Of a DNA stretch of 64,000 nt, positions 37,675 through 49,838 are shown one piece after another (the first letter of the stretch is position 1; every line of letters starts with the position of its first letter). The notes under the pieces are model-generated. The model did not search any database, was not told the origin of the DNA, and saw nothing but the letters and a program-made list of their open reading frames with translations. Origin of the DNA: Pristiophorus japonicus. Lineage: Eukaryota. The DNA is taken from positions 1 to 64,000 of the forward strand of contig NW_027254527.1 in the NCBI RefSeq assembly GCF_044704955.1, written 5' to 3'. The position numbers were made by a program, and so were the translations under genes.

Positions 37675-40005
37675 TACCTGTCCTGGGAGTGTTTAGTGGG
37701 ACAGTGTAGAGGGAGCTTTACTCTGTATCTAACCCCCTGTACCTGCCCTGGGTGTGTTTAGTGGGCCATGTAGAGGGAGCTTTACTCTGTATCTAACCCC
37801 CTGTACCTGCCCTGGGAGTGTTTGATTGGTCATGTAGAGGGAGTTTTACTCTGTATCTAACCCCGTGCTGTACCTGCCCTGGGAGTGTTTGATGGGATAG
37901 TGTAGAGGGAGCTTTACTTTGTATCCAACCCCGTGCTGTACCTGCCCTGGGAGTGTTTGATGGGACAGTATAGAGGGAGTTTTACTCTGTATCGAACCCC
38001 CTGTACCTGCCCTGGGAGTGTTTGATGGGACAGTGTAGAGGGAGCTTTACTCTGTATCTAACTCGTGCTGTACCTGCCCTGGGAGTGTTTGGTGGGACAG
38101 TGTAGAGGGAGCTTTACTCTGTATCTAACCCCCTGTACCTGCCCTGGGTGTGTTTGATATGACAGTGTAGAGGAAGCTTTACTCTGTATCTAACCCCATG
38201 CTGTACCTGCCCTGGGAGTGTTTGATGGGCCATGTAGAGGGAGCTTTACTCTGTATAGAAACATAGAAAATAGGTGCAGGAGCAGGCCATTCAGCCCTTC
38301 TAGCCTGCACCGCCATTCAATGAGTTCATGGCTGAACATGAAATTTCAGTACCCCCTTCCTGCTTTCTCGCCATAACCCTTGATCCCACGAGTAGTAAGG
38401 ACTTCATCTAACTCCTTTTTGAATATATTTAGTGAATGGCCTCAACAACTTTCTGTGGTAGAGAATTCCACAGGTTCACCACTCTCTGGGTGAAGAAGTT
38501 TCTCCTCATCTCGGTCCTAAATGGCTTCCCCCTTATCCTTAGACTGTGACCCCTGGTTCTGGACTTCCCCAACATTGGGAACATTCTTCCTGCATCTAAC
38601 CTGTCTAAACCCGTCAGAATTTTAAACGTTTCCATGAGGTCCCCTCTCATTCTTCTGAAATCCAGTGAATACAAGCCCAGTTGATCCAGTCTTTCTTGAT
38701 AGGTCAGTCCCACCATCCCGGGAATCAGTCTGGTGAATCTTCGCTGCACTCCCTCAATAGCAAGAATGTCCTTCCTCAAGTTAGGAGACCAAAACTGTAC
38801 ACAATACTCCAGGTGTGGCCTCACCAAGGCCCTGTACAACTGTAGCAACACCTCCCTGCCCCTGTACTCAAATCCCCTCGCTATGAAGGCCAACATGCCA
38901 TTTGCTTTCTTAACCGCCTGCTGTACCTGCATGCCAACCTTCAATGACTGATGTACCATGACACCCAGGTCTCGTTGCATCTTCCCTTTTCCTAATCTGT
39001 CACCATTCAGATCATAGTCTATCTCTCTGTTTTTACCACCAAAGTGGATAACCTCACATTTATCCACATTATACTTCATCTGCCATGCATTTGCCCACTC
39101 ACCTAACCTATCCAAGTCACTCTGCAGCCTAATAGCATCCTCCTCGCAGCTCACACTGCCACCCAACTTAGTGTCATCCGCAAATTTGGAGATACTGCAT
39201 TTAATCCCCTCATCTAAATCATTAATGTACAATGTAAACAGCTGGGGCCCCAGCACAGAACCTTGCGGCACCCCACTAGTCACTGCCTGCCATTCTGAAA
39301 AGTACCCATTTACTCCTACTCTTTGCTTCCTGTCTGACAACTAGTTCTCAATCCACGTCAGCACACTACCCCCAATCCCATGTGCTTTAACTTTGCACAT
39401 TAATCTCTTGTGTGGGACCTTGTCGAAAGCCTTCTGAAAGTCCAAATATACCACATCAACTGGTTCTCCCTTGTCCAGTCTACTGGAAACATCCTCAAAA
39501 ATTCCAGAATATTTGTCAAGCATGATTTCCCTTTCACAAATCCATGCTGACTTGGACCTATCATGTCACCATTTTCCAGATGCGCTGCTATGACATCCTT
39601 AATAATTGATTCCATCATTTTACCCACTACGGAGGTCAGGCTGACCGGTCTATAATTCGCTGTTTTCTCTCTCCCTCCTTTTTTAAAAAGTGGGGTTACA
39701 TTGGCTACCCTCCACTCGATAGGAACTGATCCAGAGTCAATGGAATGTTGGAAAATGACTGTCAATGCATCCGCTATTTCCAAGGCCACCTCCTTAAGTA
39801 CTCTGGGATGCAGTCCATCAGGCCCTGTACCTGCCCTGGGAATGTTTGGTGGGCCATGTAGAGGGAGCTTTACTCTGTATCTAACCTCGTGCTGTACCTG
39901 CCCTGGGTGTGTTTGATGGGCCATGTAGAGGGAGCTTTACTCTGTATCTAACCCCCTGTACCTGCCCTGGGTGTGTTTGGTGGGCCATGTAGAGGGAGCC
40001 TTACT
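37675..40005. repeat. 64-66-bp minisatellite (37675-38255 and 39825-40005) split by a CR1
   Basis: Direct inspection. Confidence 0.9.
38255..39825 (-). mobile_element. CR1 LINE subfamily B inserted into a 64-66-bp minisatellite
   Basis: RT ORFs 38429-39825. Confidence 0.92.
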
Positions 40006-40971
40006 TTACACTGATGTCAATGGAATGCTAACTCAGACGGAGTGTGATACCAGCTGCTGATTTGCCATGAACCGATTTACTATACCACCCAAAGGCAATT
40101 ACAGCTTTGTGGAATGAGACACAGGAGGAGACCGGTCAGCCAGCCACGCCTGGTCGAGCTCACGAATTAATCCCAGTCCCCTGCTTGTTCACCATAACCT
40201 TGTAAAAGGTTTTCACATGAAGTATTTATCCAATTCTCATTTAAAAGATACTGTGGAACCTGCTCCCACCGCCCTTTCACACATTGCGTTCCAGATCATA
40301 ACAACTCGCTGTGTAAAACCTTTCCTTATTTACCCCAATATTGTCTCCAAAAGTTTCCCCACTGAAGTCAGGCTGACTGGCCTGTTGCTCCCTTATACCC
40401 TTCACCTGCTTTCTCAATTCATAGAAACATAGAAAATAGGTGCAGGAGTAGGCCATTCAGCCCTTCGAGCCTGCACCACCATTCAATAAGATCATGGCTG
40501 ATCATTCCCTCAGTACCCCTTTCCTGCTTTCTCTCCATACCCCTTGGTCCCTTTAGCCGTAAGGGCCACATCTAACTCCCTTTTGAATTTTAAAAACTGC
40601 TTCTTCCCCAAGGAAAACAAACTGAAGTGTCCTTAATTCCAACAATAAATCCCGAGATATTTTTAATATCCGTGCAATGCTGACTGAGGCTGTTCATTAT
40701 ACCGGATGGGCCTCATACACTACATTACCGTATGAGGTTGATGGGTGTTTTTGTGACTGGAAGGATGTTTCCAGTGGGGTTCCGCAGGGCTCAGTACTGG
40801 GTCCCTTGCTTTTTCTGGTATGTATCAATGATCGAGACTTAAATGTTGGGGGTATGATTAAGAAGTTTGATACTAAAATTGGCCGTGTGGTTGATAATGA
40901 AGAAGAAAGCTGTGGACTGCAGGAAGATATCAATGTACTGGTCAGGTGGGCAGAACTGTGGCAAATGAAAT

Positions 40972-43176
40972 ACAAATCAAAGCTTTTACCGATATATAAA
41001 ACGGAAAAGAGTGACTAAAGTAAATGTTGGTCCTTTAGAAGATGAGAAGGGGGATTTAATAATGGGAAATATGGAAATGGCTGAGACCTTAAACAATTAT
41101 TTTGCTTCGGTCTTCACAGTGGAAGACACAAAAACCATGCCAGAAATTGCTGGTCACGGGAATGTGGGAAGGGAGGACCTTGAGATAATCACTATCACTA
41201 GGGGGGTAGTGCTGGACAGGCTAATGGATCTCAAGGTAGACAAGTCCCCTGGTCCTGATGAAATGCATCCCAGGGTATTAAAAGAGATGGCGGACGTTAT
41301 AGCAGATGCATTGGTTATAATCTACCAAAATTCTCTGGACTCTGGGGAGGTACCAGCGGATTGGAAAGCAGCTAATGTAACGCCTCTGTTTAAAAAAGGG
41401 GGCAGACAAAAGGCAGGTAACTATAGGCCGGTTAGTTTAACATCTGTAGTGGGGAAAATGCTTGAAACTATCATTAAAGAAGAAATAGCGGGACATCTAG
41501 ATAGGAATAGTGCAATCAAGCAGACGCAGCATGGATTCATGAAGGGGAAATCATGTTTAACTAATTTACTGGAATTCTTTGAGGATATAATGAGCATGAT
41601 AGATAGAGGTGTACCGATGGATGTGGTGTATTTAGATTTCCAAAAGGCATTCGATAAGGTGCCACACAAAAGGTTACTGCAGAAGATAAAGGTACGCGGA
41701 GTCAGGAAATGTAATAGCATGGATCGAGAATTGGCTGGCTAACAGAAAGTAGACAGTCGGGATAAATGGGTCCTTTTCAGGTGGGAAATCAGTGGTTAGT
41801 GTTGTGCCACAGGGATCGGTGCTGGGACCACAACTGTTTACAATATACATAGATGACCTGGAAGAGGGGACAGAGTGTAGTGTAACAAAATTTGAGAATG
41901 ACACTAAGATTAGTGGGAAAGCGGGTTGTGTAGAGGACACAGAGAGTCTGCAAAGAGATTTAGATAGGTTAAGCGAATGGGCTAAGGTTTGGCAGATGGA
42001 ATACAATGTCGGAAAATGTGAAGTCATCCACCTTGGAAAAAAAACAGTAAAAGGGAATATTATTTGAATGGGGAGAAATTACAACATGCTGCGGTGCAGA
42101 GGGACCTGGGGGTCCTTGTGCATGAATTTTCTCTAAGATTCTTTTCCCATACCATTCGCCTCCAACCTTCCTCTTTCTGCTCATAGCTCTTGTGATGCCA
42201 ACCCTTCCACTGCAGCCAGGGTTCATCCAATTCAGGATCTAATCTTGGGGCTGCAAAGACTCCAACCAGGCACAAAGAAAGTACACAGTAGATCTTCATC
42301 CTTTCTTCTTCGCTCCCTGCCGCTCCCGGGCTACAATCTATCGTACTCGCGAGCGCCACCAGTTTTTATGGATCGCGTCATCCCCGCACTGATACATTTT
42401 CAGCACTGATTGGCTGGCCCATCCAGGCATGGACCACACCCAGTCACGAGATGCAGTGCTCAGAGTGTGCTGTCGATTCATGAATCCCAAAAAGTTAGTT
42501 TTCAGGTGCAGCAGGTAATCAGGAAGGCGAATGGAATGTTGGCCTTCATTGCGAGAGGGATGGAGTACAAAAGCAGGGAGGTCCTGCTGCAACTGTATAG
42601 GGTATTAGTGAGGCCGCACCTGGAGTACTGCGTGCAGTTTTGGTCACCTTACTTAAGGAAGGATATACTAGCTTTGGAGGGGGTACAGAGACGATTCACT
42701 CGGCTGATTCCGGAGATGAGGGGGTTACCTTATGATGATAAATTGAGTAGACTGGGTCTTTACTCGTTGGAGTTCAGAAGGATGAGGGGTGATCTTATAG
42801 AAACATTTAAAATCATGAAAGGGATAGTCAAGATAGAGGCAGAGAGGTTGTTTCCACTGGTCAGGGAGACTAGAACTAGGGGGCACAGCCTCAAAATACG
42901 GGGGGGCCAATTTAAAACAGAGTTGAGAAGGAATTTCTTCTCCCAGAGTCTGTGGAATTCTCTGCTCAAGGAAGCAGTTGAGGCGAGCTCATTAAATGTA
43001 TTCAAGTCACAGATAGATAGATTTTTAACCAATAAGGGAATAAGGGTTACGGGGAGCGGGTGGGTAAGTGGAGCTGAGTCCACGGCCAGATCAGCCATGA
43101 TCTTGCTGAATGGCGGAGCAGGCTCGAGGGGCTAGATGGCCTACTCCTGTTCCTGATATGTTCTTATGTTCTTATG
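40972..43176 (+). mobile_element. CR1 LINE subfamily A carrying the cathepsin L fragment, inserted in an older CR1
   Basis: RT motifs in 41011-42067; ORF2 C-terminus in 42480-43080; tail at 43155-43176. Confidence 0.92.
42128..42478 (-). pseudogene. ctsl: Captured cathepsin L-like 5' fragment (upstream sequence, 5'UTR and about 57 codons of prepropeptide) inside a CR1
   Basis: ATG at 42299: MKIYCVLSLCLVGVFAAPRLDPELDEPWLQWKGWHHKSYEQKEEGWRRMVWEKNLR, a signal peptide plus the I29 propeptide EEGWRRxxWEKN motif. Flanked by a CATGAAT duplication. Confidence 0.88.
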
Positions 43177-44889
43177 AAATGTGAGGTAATGCATTTGGGG
43201 AGGTCTAACAAGGAAAGGAATACACAATAAATGGTAGGACACTGAGAAGTGTAGAGGAACAAAGGGACCTGGGAGTGCAGGTCCACAGATCCCTGAAGGT
43301 AGCAGGCCAGGTAGATTAGGTGGTTAAGAAGGCATACGGAGTGCTTGCCTTTATTGGCCGAGGCATATAATATAAGAGCAGGGGGTTATGCTTGAACTGT
43401 ATAAAACACTAGTTAGGCCACAGCTGGAGTACTGCCTGCAGTTCTGGTCACCACATTACAGGAAAGATGTGAATGCACTGGAGAGGGTACAGAGGAGATT
43501 TACATAGATACATAGATACATAGAAAATAGGTGCAGTTGTCGGCCATTCGGCTCTTCGAGCCTGCACCACCATTCAATATATGAGGATCTGCCTGGGTTG
43601 GAGAATTTTGTCTATGAGGAAAGATTGGATAGGCTGGGGTTGTTTTCTTTGGAACAGAGGTGGCTGAGGGGAGACCTGATTGAGGTGTATAAAATTATGA
43701 GGGGCCTGGATAGGGTGGATAGTAAGGATCTGTTCCCTTAGCAGAGGGGTCAACAACCAGGGAGCACACCCGATTTACTATACCACCCAAAGGCAATTGC
43801 ATCTTTGTGGAATGATAAACAGGAGGAGGCCGTTCATCCAGGTAGGAGGTCTAGAGGGGTGGTGGGGGTCTGGAACTCACTGCCTGAAAGGGTGGTAGAG
43901 GCAGAAACCCTCACCACATTTAAAAAGTACTTGGATGTGCCGTAACCTACAGGGCTACGGATCAAGAGCTGGAAAGTGGGATTAAGCTGGGTAGCCTCTT
44001 GGTCAGCCGGCACGGACACGATGGGCTGAATGGCCTCCTTGCATGCTGTAAATTTCTATGATTCTATGATATGATTACAGTACATTAGCGACCTCCTACT
44101 CTACCTTTCTGTTAACCGAGTCCAGAACACAAGCTCGGGCTCAACTGATGAGTTCAACATCTTTGCAGAACTGTTCATTCAATATTCACCCCGATTGATA
44201 GGTTGGAGGACTGTTCTATTAACTTATAGGAAACAGAGGGGAGAGAGACAGAGACAAAGGAGGATAGGGGAACAGCAAGAGAGGGCAAGAAATAAAGAGG
44301 GGAGAAAGAAAGAACAAAAACAAAGAAAAGAATCAAAGGAGGAAAGGTGAGGATGAAAGGAGGCAATAAACGAGGCGAAGGAGAGAGTGAGGAAAGGAAG
44401 GGGTAGCCAATCCCCAGTCAGAAAATTCAGACAATAAACACCACAAAAAAACATCGAAAGCATCCGGGCACAAGATACGTTTGGCTGTCCAGTTTTCAAA
44501 GCCTTTCTGGCAAAGAAGGATGTGTGTTGGAAGTGCACAGGCCGAGGGGTTTTCAAAGCAGTTAGTTTAACTGGACCAAGTGTTTGTGCTCAGTGAGGTG
44601 TGTTGTTCCACACCACACAGTGTGTGTTAGAATCCAGTCCAGATAGATACACCAGGTGTAAGAACAGTTCCACACAGTGTGTGTTAGAATCCAGTCCAGA
44701 TAGATACACCAGGTTTAATGACAGTACTACACTGTACAGTGCATGTTAGAATCCAGTCCAGATAGATACACCAGGTGTAATGAAAGTCTACTTTGTGCTC
44801 TGCCCCGACAAGGTTAGGGAGGGCCATTGAAGCTCCCTTTACCGCGAACGGGCCATAAAGCTGCATCTCAAACAGATCATAGGATTAAC

Positions 44890-45990
44890 AATGGATATAC
44901 GGCACAGAAACAGGCCATTCGGCCCAACCAGGCCATGCTGCTGTTTATGCCCCACTCGAGCCTCCTCCCGTCTTTCCTCATCTAACTCTATCAGCATAAC
45001 CCTCCATACCCTTCTCCCCCATTGGCTTGTCCAGCCTCCCCTTAAATACATCGATACTATTCACTTCAATCACTCCCTGTGGCAGCGAGTTCCACATTCT
45101 CATCACTCTCTGGGTAAAGGAGTTTCTCCTGAATTCCCCATTGGATTTCTTGGTGACTACCTTATATTGATGACCTCTAGTTATGCTCTTCCCCACAAGT
45201 GGAAACACCTTCTCTGTATCCACCCTATCAAAACATTCCATAATTGTAAAGACCTCTATTAGGTCACCCCTCAGCCTTCTTTTTCCAAGAGAAAAGAGAC
45301 CCAGCCTGTTCATCCTTTCCCGATATGTATACCTCGCATTTCTGGTATCATCCCTGTAAATCTGTCTCCTTTCTCTAATATGGTGACCAGAACATTACGC
45401 AGGACTCCAAGTGTGGTCTAACCAAAGCTCGATACAGGTTTAGCATAACTTCCCTATTCTTCAATTCGATACCTCTAGAAATATACCCGAGTGCTTGCCT
45501 GGCTAACCAACATCACAATTTTTAATGATTTGTTCCAAGATCCCTTTGTTCCTCTATCCTACCTAGACTCACACCCTCCAAGTAATAAGTGACCTCCCTA
45601 TCCCTTAATCAACATAACAAAAACAGATTATCTGGACATTATCATGTTGCTGTGTGTGGGAGCTTGCTGTGCACAAATTGGCTGCCATGTTTCCCACATT
45701 ACAACAGTGACTACACTTCAAAGTACTTCATTGGCTGTAAAATGCTTTGAGAAGTCTGGTGGCCGTGAAAGGCGCGATATAAATGCAAGTCTTTCTTTCT
45801 CCCTAACAAAATGTAATACGTGCTCGGTGAACTTAATTTGCCAGTTTGCCCATTCTGTAAGTTTATTAATGTCCTCCTGTAAGTTGTTGCAGGCCTCCTC
45901 AGTATTGACGGTCGCCAAGTTTGGTGTCAGCCGCCAATTTAGAAATTGTGCTTTTGATTCCAAAGTCTAAACCGTTAATATAAATTATAT
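44890..45990 (-). mobile_element. Degenerate CR1 with a SINE tail inserted at about 45615-45800
   Basis: RLGLFSLGKRRLRGDL...FTQRVMRMWNSLP. Confidence 0.75.
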
Positions 45991-46437
45991 AAGACCATCT
46001 CATTTCCCACACGCCTTGCCTTAATTTGAGATGCTGCCTCCATTAAAAGGAGCGGGTCAGAACCGCCCGAGTGATAAACCTTGTTCCACTCACACTGCAA
46101 GAGGAGATCTTACTCCATCCATTACACTTGCACTCTGCCAGATTTAGTCATCAATGAGTTAATACATGTGTGTGAAATTCCCTCCTCCAATGTTTTAACC
46201 CAATAATTGTGAACATCATTCAAACTGAACAGAAAAATCTGATACCAATAGACTGCCAATTAACAGATCCATTGCTGTTATTGCTAAGGAACGATTTCGA
46301 CTGCACAGAAATCCTTCTAGTTCTCAACCCTTGAATTGGTTCAGTTCAAGCTGAGGTTTCAGAGACGAGAGGTGAATTAAACACTAAATTGGGAGCATGC
46401 ACCGCGCAGATAGTTAAACGGCGACTGTCCAGGCACA

Positions 46438-46920
46438 ATAAGAACATAAGAAATAGGAGCAGGAGTCAGCCATACGGCCCCTCGAGCCTGCTCCGCCGTT
46501 CAATAAGATCAATGGACTCAGCTCCATTTCCCTGCCCGCTTCCCATAACCCTTTATTCTCTTATTGCTTAAAAATCTATCTTCCTCCACCTTAAATATAT
46601 TCAGTTACCCAACCTCCACAGCTTTCTGGGGCAGAGAATTCCAGATTCATGACCCTCAGAGAAGAAATTCCTCCTCATCTGTTTTAAATGGGCGGCCCCT
46701 TATTCTGAAACTATGCCCCCAGTTCTAGATTCCCCCACACGGGGAAACATCCTCTCTGCATCCACCTTGTCGAGCCTCCTCAGAATCTTATATGTTTCAA
46801 TAAGATCACCTCTCATTCTTCTGAACTCTAATATATAGGTCCAATCTGCTCAACCTTTCTTCATTAGACAACCCCTTCATCTCAGGAATTAACCGAGTGA
46901 ACCTTCCCTGAACTGCTCCA
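46438..46920 (-). mobile_element. CR1 3' fragment
   Basis: (TTCTTATG) tail and ORF2 C-terminal similarity. Confidence 0.8.
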
Positions 46921-47620
46921 CAATACAGTATCAACAGGACACAACCTTATGACACATGCAGCCGTTTGCTATCGGTCCGGCAGCTCGCTGGTTAATGCTG
47001 AACGCTTGTTGGTGTGAGACATGTTTGATAAACACAAGTCCCTGTTTCTCATTCTGTGCAAACTATTTGCCCTCCATCAGCACTGAAATATCCAGTGGAA
47101 CCTGGAACTTATTCTGTTTTACATCTAAAAGCTGTTCCTTCAATGATGTTAACTGTAACCTTAAACAACAGTCTGTGACTCCAACTGTTAAATCCCGACA
47201 CAATTGGATACTGTGTTTTAACTCGGATTATAACAAACCCCTAAAGCGCCTGCAATGTCCTACCGTCCAAATGATCAAATCTCCACCCACAGAGCAAGTG
47301 TCCCAAAACTAGAATGTGTATCCCGCAGCTCAGACTGAACACATCCTGTAAAGCCAATAACCTCCTCATTTATTAGATTCCGGGAATCAATTCTGTGGGC
47401 TTAAATCTTAACCCTGAACACTCCATCCAGTTAGCAGATGTCAGCCACAATTACTGGGTGTATTTTTAACTCGAAAGAATGGAGTCAGTCTCGGATAGAG
47501 TCGCGTAATTATTCTGAATATCTCACCGATTTCACACATTCGTGTATTACCGAATTCGCTAAATAACGCAAATTAAGAAAATCAATATCAGATCAGGAAG
47601 GAATGAGAAGTTTGTCTTAC

Positions 47621-47668
47621 CCGAAGTCACTGTCAGCGAGGTTCCTGTGCCCCAGTAAGCAAGATAGT
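47621..47668 (-). CDS. IgW: IgH J segment (YLAYWGTGTSLTVTS)
   Basis: W-G-x-G-T motif; phase-1 donor G|GTAAGA; adjacent heptamer CACAGTG at 47669-47675. Confidence 0.93.
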
Positions 47669-47707
47669 CACAGTGCTCCGTCTCCTGGTCCCAGCAATGT
47701 AGGAACT
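47669..47707 (+). other. J 23-RSS with degenerate nonamer
   Basis: CACAGTG + 23 nt + GTAGGAACT (4/9 match to ACAAAAACC). Confidence 0.7.
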
Positions 47708-48070
47708 TCACCCGCACAAATATCTCACAATCTCAGGGTGTGGTGAAAATAAAAAGCTGCTTTTATCCTGGGAGCAGCAGCCGCCTGTATTTGGATCTGA
47801 CAGTCCATCCTAAACCTGCTCCGGGTATTCATCACTCAGCTGGTTTTGCACTTTCCCTGTCAGCGGCTAGCGGCTCCTGCACATCGCCGACAAACACACT
47901 CGCTCCTTAGCACCTTTTATTCCCCACAAATCCACATTTCCCTCCCACAGTCCGAGTGGGCGATGATCCATGTGAGTGTGAGAGGCAGCAATGCGGAACC
48001 TGTGGGCACGGGCTGTGAATCAGCCGCTTATTTGTGGCGGGGAGTTTTTGTCAAGCTCTGTACTGCTGTG

Positions 48071-48084
48071 GGCCGTATACCCAG
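48071..48084 (-). other. IgH D2 segment CTGGGTATACGGCC with 12-RSS on both sides (48085-48112; 48043-48070)
   Basis: Plus strand CACAGTG-12-TCAAACACC; minus strand CACAGCA-12-ACAAAAACT. Confidence 0.88.
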
Positions 48085-48486
48085 CACAGTGCTTCACCCC
48101 AGCTCAAACACCGCCGCCAGAAGATCCAGCCCCAAACACAATGTCCCACCAACCTGCCGCTGGCTTTATGGCCCCTCAGTCTGTCTCCGTGTTCCACACA
48201 CAGCAGCTGTCAAACCTGGGCTTCCAGGACTTTGTAAAATGGAGCTATAATCCACAGGGAGCTTTCCGTGTTCTTGGTCCCACATCTGTTACTCGCTGCT
48301 TTCTCCTTCCTTTCAAGTTATATCTTTAAAGAAAATTGCTTGCACAGCCAGACTGTTTAATCGGGATCTGCTTTCTATCCAGGGGTGATGAAGCAAAGGC
48401 TGGTGAGATGGCCCGAAGAGTCCAATTTAAGCAGCTTTGGTGTGGCAGGTTTTTGAATGGAGGGAGCCCCCACCTCTCACACTGTG

Positions 48487-48500
48487 CCACCCAGTATAGG
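48487..48500 (-). other. IgH D1 segment CCTATACTGGGTGG with V-side 12-RSS (48501-48528) and J-side 23-RSS (48448-48486)
   Basis: Plus strand CACAGTG-12-ACAATAACC; minus strand CACAGTG-23-TCAAAAACC. Matches the shark V23/12-D1-23/12-D2-12/23-J layout. Confidence 0.92.
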
Positions 48501-48619
48501 CACAGTGATACACAGCCGTACAATAACCTCTGCCTCTGTCACTGACACTGGCCCCAGTCACTGCACATTGAAACTGCACTGGCTCGGCTACAAGTGAGTG
48601 ACCCTGCTCTTTGATTCAC

Positions 48620-48917
48620 GCTGGCGATGGTGGTTCTGTCACTGGCCCAGTGATCTGAAAACCTGGATTCAATAATCCCAGGAACTCCCGAGTTCAAATC
48701 CCTCTATGGGAGTTTGGCAATTTCATTTTTAAAATCTGAGGCTAAAAAATTCTGGGCTCAGTAAAAGTGACCATGCAGCTGGCGGATGGTCGTAAACACC
48801 CAACTGGTCACTGAGGTCCTTCTGGAACACAGCCGAGCCTATAGGTGACTCCAGTCCAACCCCCAATTGCTTGCCCCTTACCTGCTCTCTGAAGTGGTCC
48901 CAGTGAGACACTCAGTT
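48620..48917 (+). mobile_element. tRNA-headed SINE remnant
   Basis: B-box-like GAGTTCAAATCCC; core shared with the remnant at about 32030-32490. Confidence 0.55.
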
Positions 48918-49039
48918 ACCACCACCATCATCATCATAGGCAGTCCCTCAAAAGGCTTGCATCCACTCTCAGTGAGTTCTCAGGTGACTGAACAGTCCAA
49001 TACGGGAATGACAGTCTCTGTCACAGGTGGGGCACAGCT

Positions 49040-49838
49040 GTAGATAAATTCAGGTTATCCACTTTGGTGGCAAAAACAGGAAGGCAGATTATTATCTGAA
49101 TAGTGATGGATTCGGAAAATGGGAGATGCAACGAGACCTGGGTGCCATGGTACATCAGTCATTGAAAGTTGGCATGCAGGTACAGCAGGTGGTGAAGAAG
49201 GCAAATAGCATGTTGGCCTTCATAGCGAGAGGATTTGAGTATAGGAACAGGGAGGTCTTACTGCAGTTGTACAGGGCCTTGGTGAGGCAACACCTGGAAT
49301 ATTGTGTACAGTTTTGGTCTCCTAATCTGAGGAAGGACATTCTTGCTATTGAGGGAGTTCAGCAAATGTTCACCAGATTGATTCCCGGGATGGCAGGACT
49401 GACATATGAAGAAAGATTGGATCGACTAGGCTTATATTCACTGGAATTTAGAAGCATGAGAGGGGATCTCATAGAAACATATAAAATTCTGATGGGATTG
49501 GACAGGTTAGATGCAAGAACAATGTTCCCGATGTTGGGGAAGTCCAGAACCAGGGGTCACAGTCTAAGGATAAGGGGTAAGCCATTTAGGACCGAGATGA
49601 GGAGAAACTTCTTCACTCAGAGAATTGTGAACCTGTGGAATTCTCTACCACAGAAAGTTGTTGAGGTCAATTCATTAGATATATTCAAAAGGGAGTTAGA
49701 TATGGCACTTACAGTTACAGTATGGAGAGAAAGCAGGAATGGGGTACTGAAGTTGCGTGACCAGCCATGATCATATTGAATGGTGATGCAGGCTCGAAGG
49801 GCCGAAGGCCTACTCCTGCACCTATTTTCTATGTTTCT
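49040..49838 (+). mobile_element. CR1 subfamily B 3' fragment inserted in the RTE 3' region
   Basis: ORF 49126-49770. Confidence 0.9.

Larger units (their letters stand above)
40735..44070 (+). mobile_element. Older degenerate CR1 split by the subfamily A copy and small inserts
   Basis: GVPQGSVLGP segment at 40735-40970 resumes at about 43177 and ends in a TTCTATGATTCTATGA tail. Confidence 0.75.

Noticed and set aside
44615-44780. Three copies of GTTAGAATCCAGTCCAGATAGATACACCAGG with differing intervals
   Set aside because: Short degenerate tandem repeat with related intervening sequence and no evidence of function.
46930-47610. Intronic enhancer next to J (ACGCAAAT, GGAA, E-boxes)
   Set aside because: Position is plausible, but only short imperfect motifs are present; not supportable from sequence alone.
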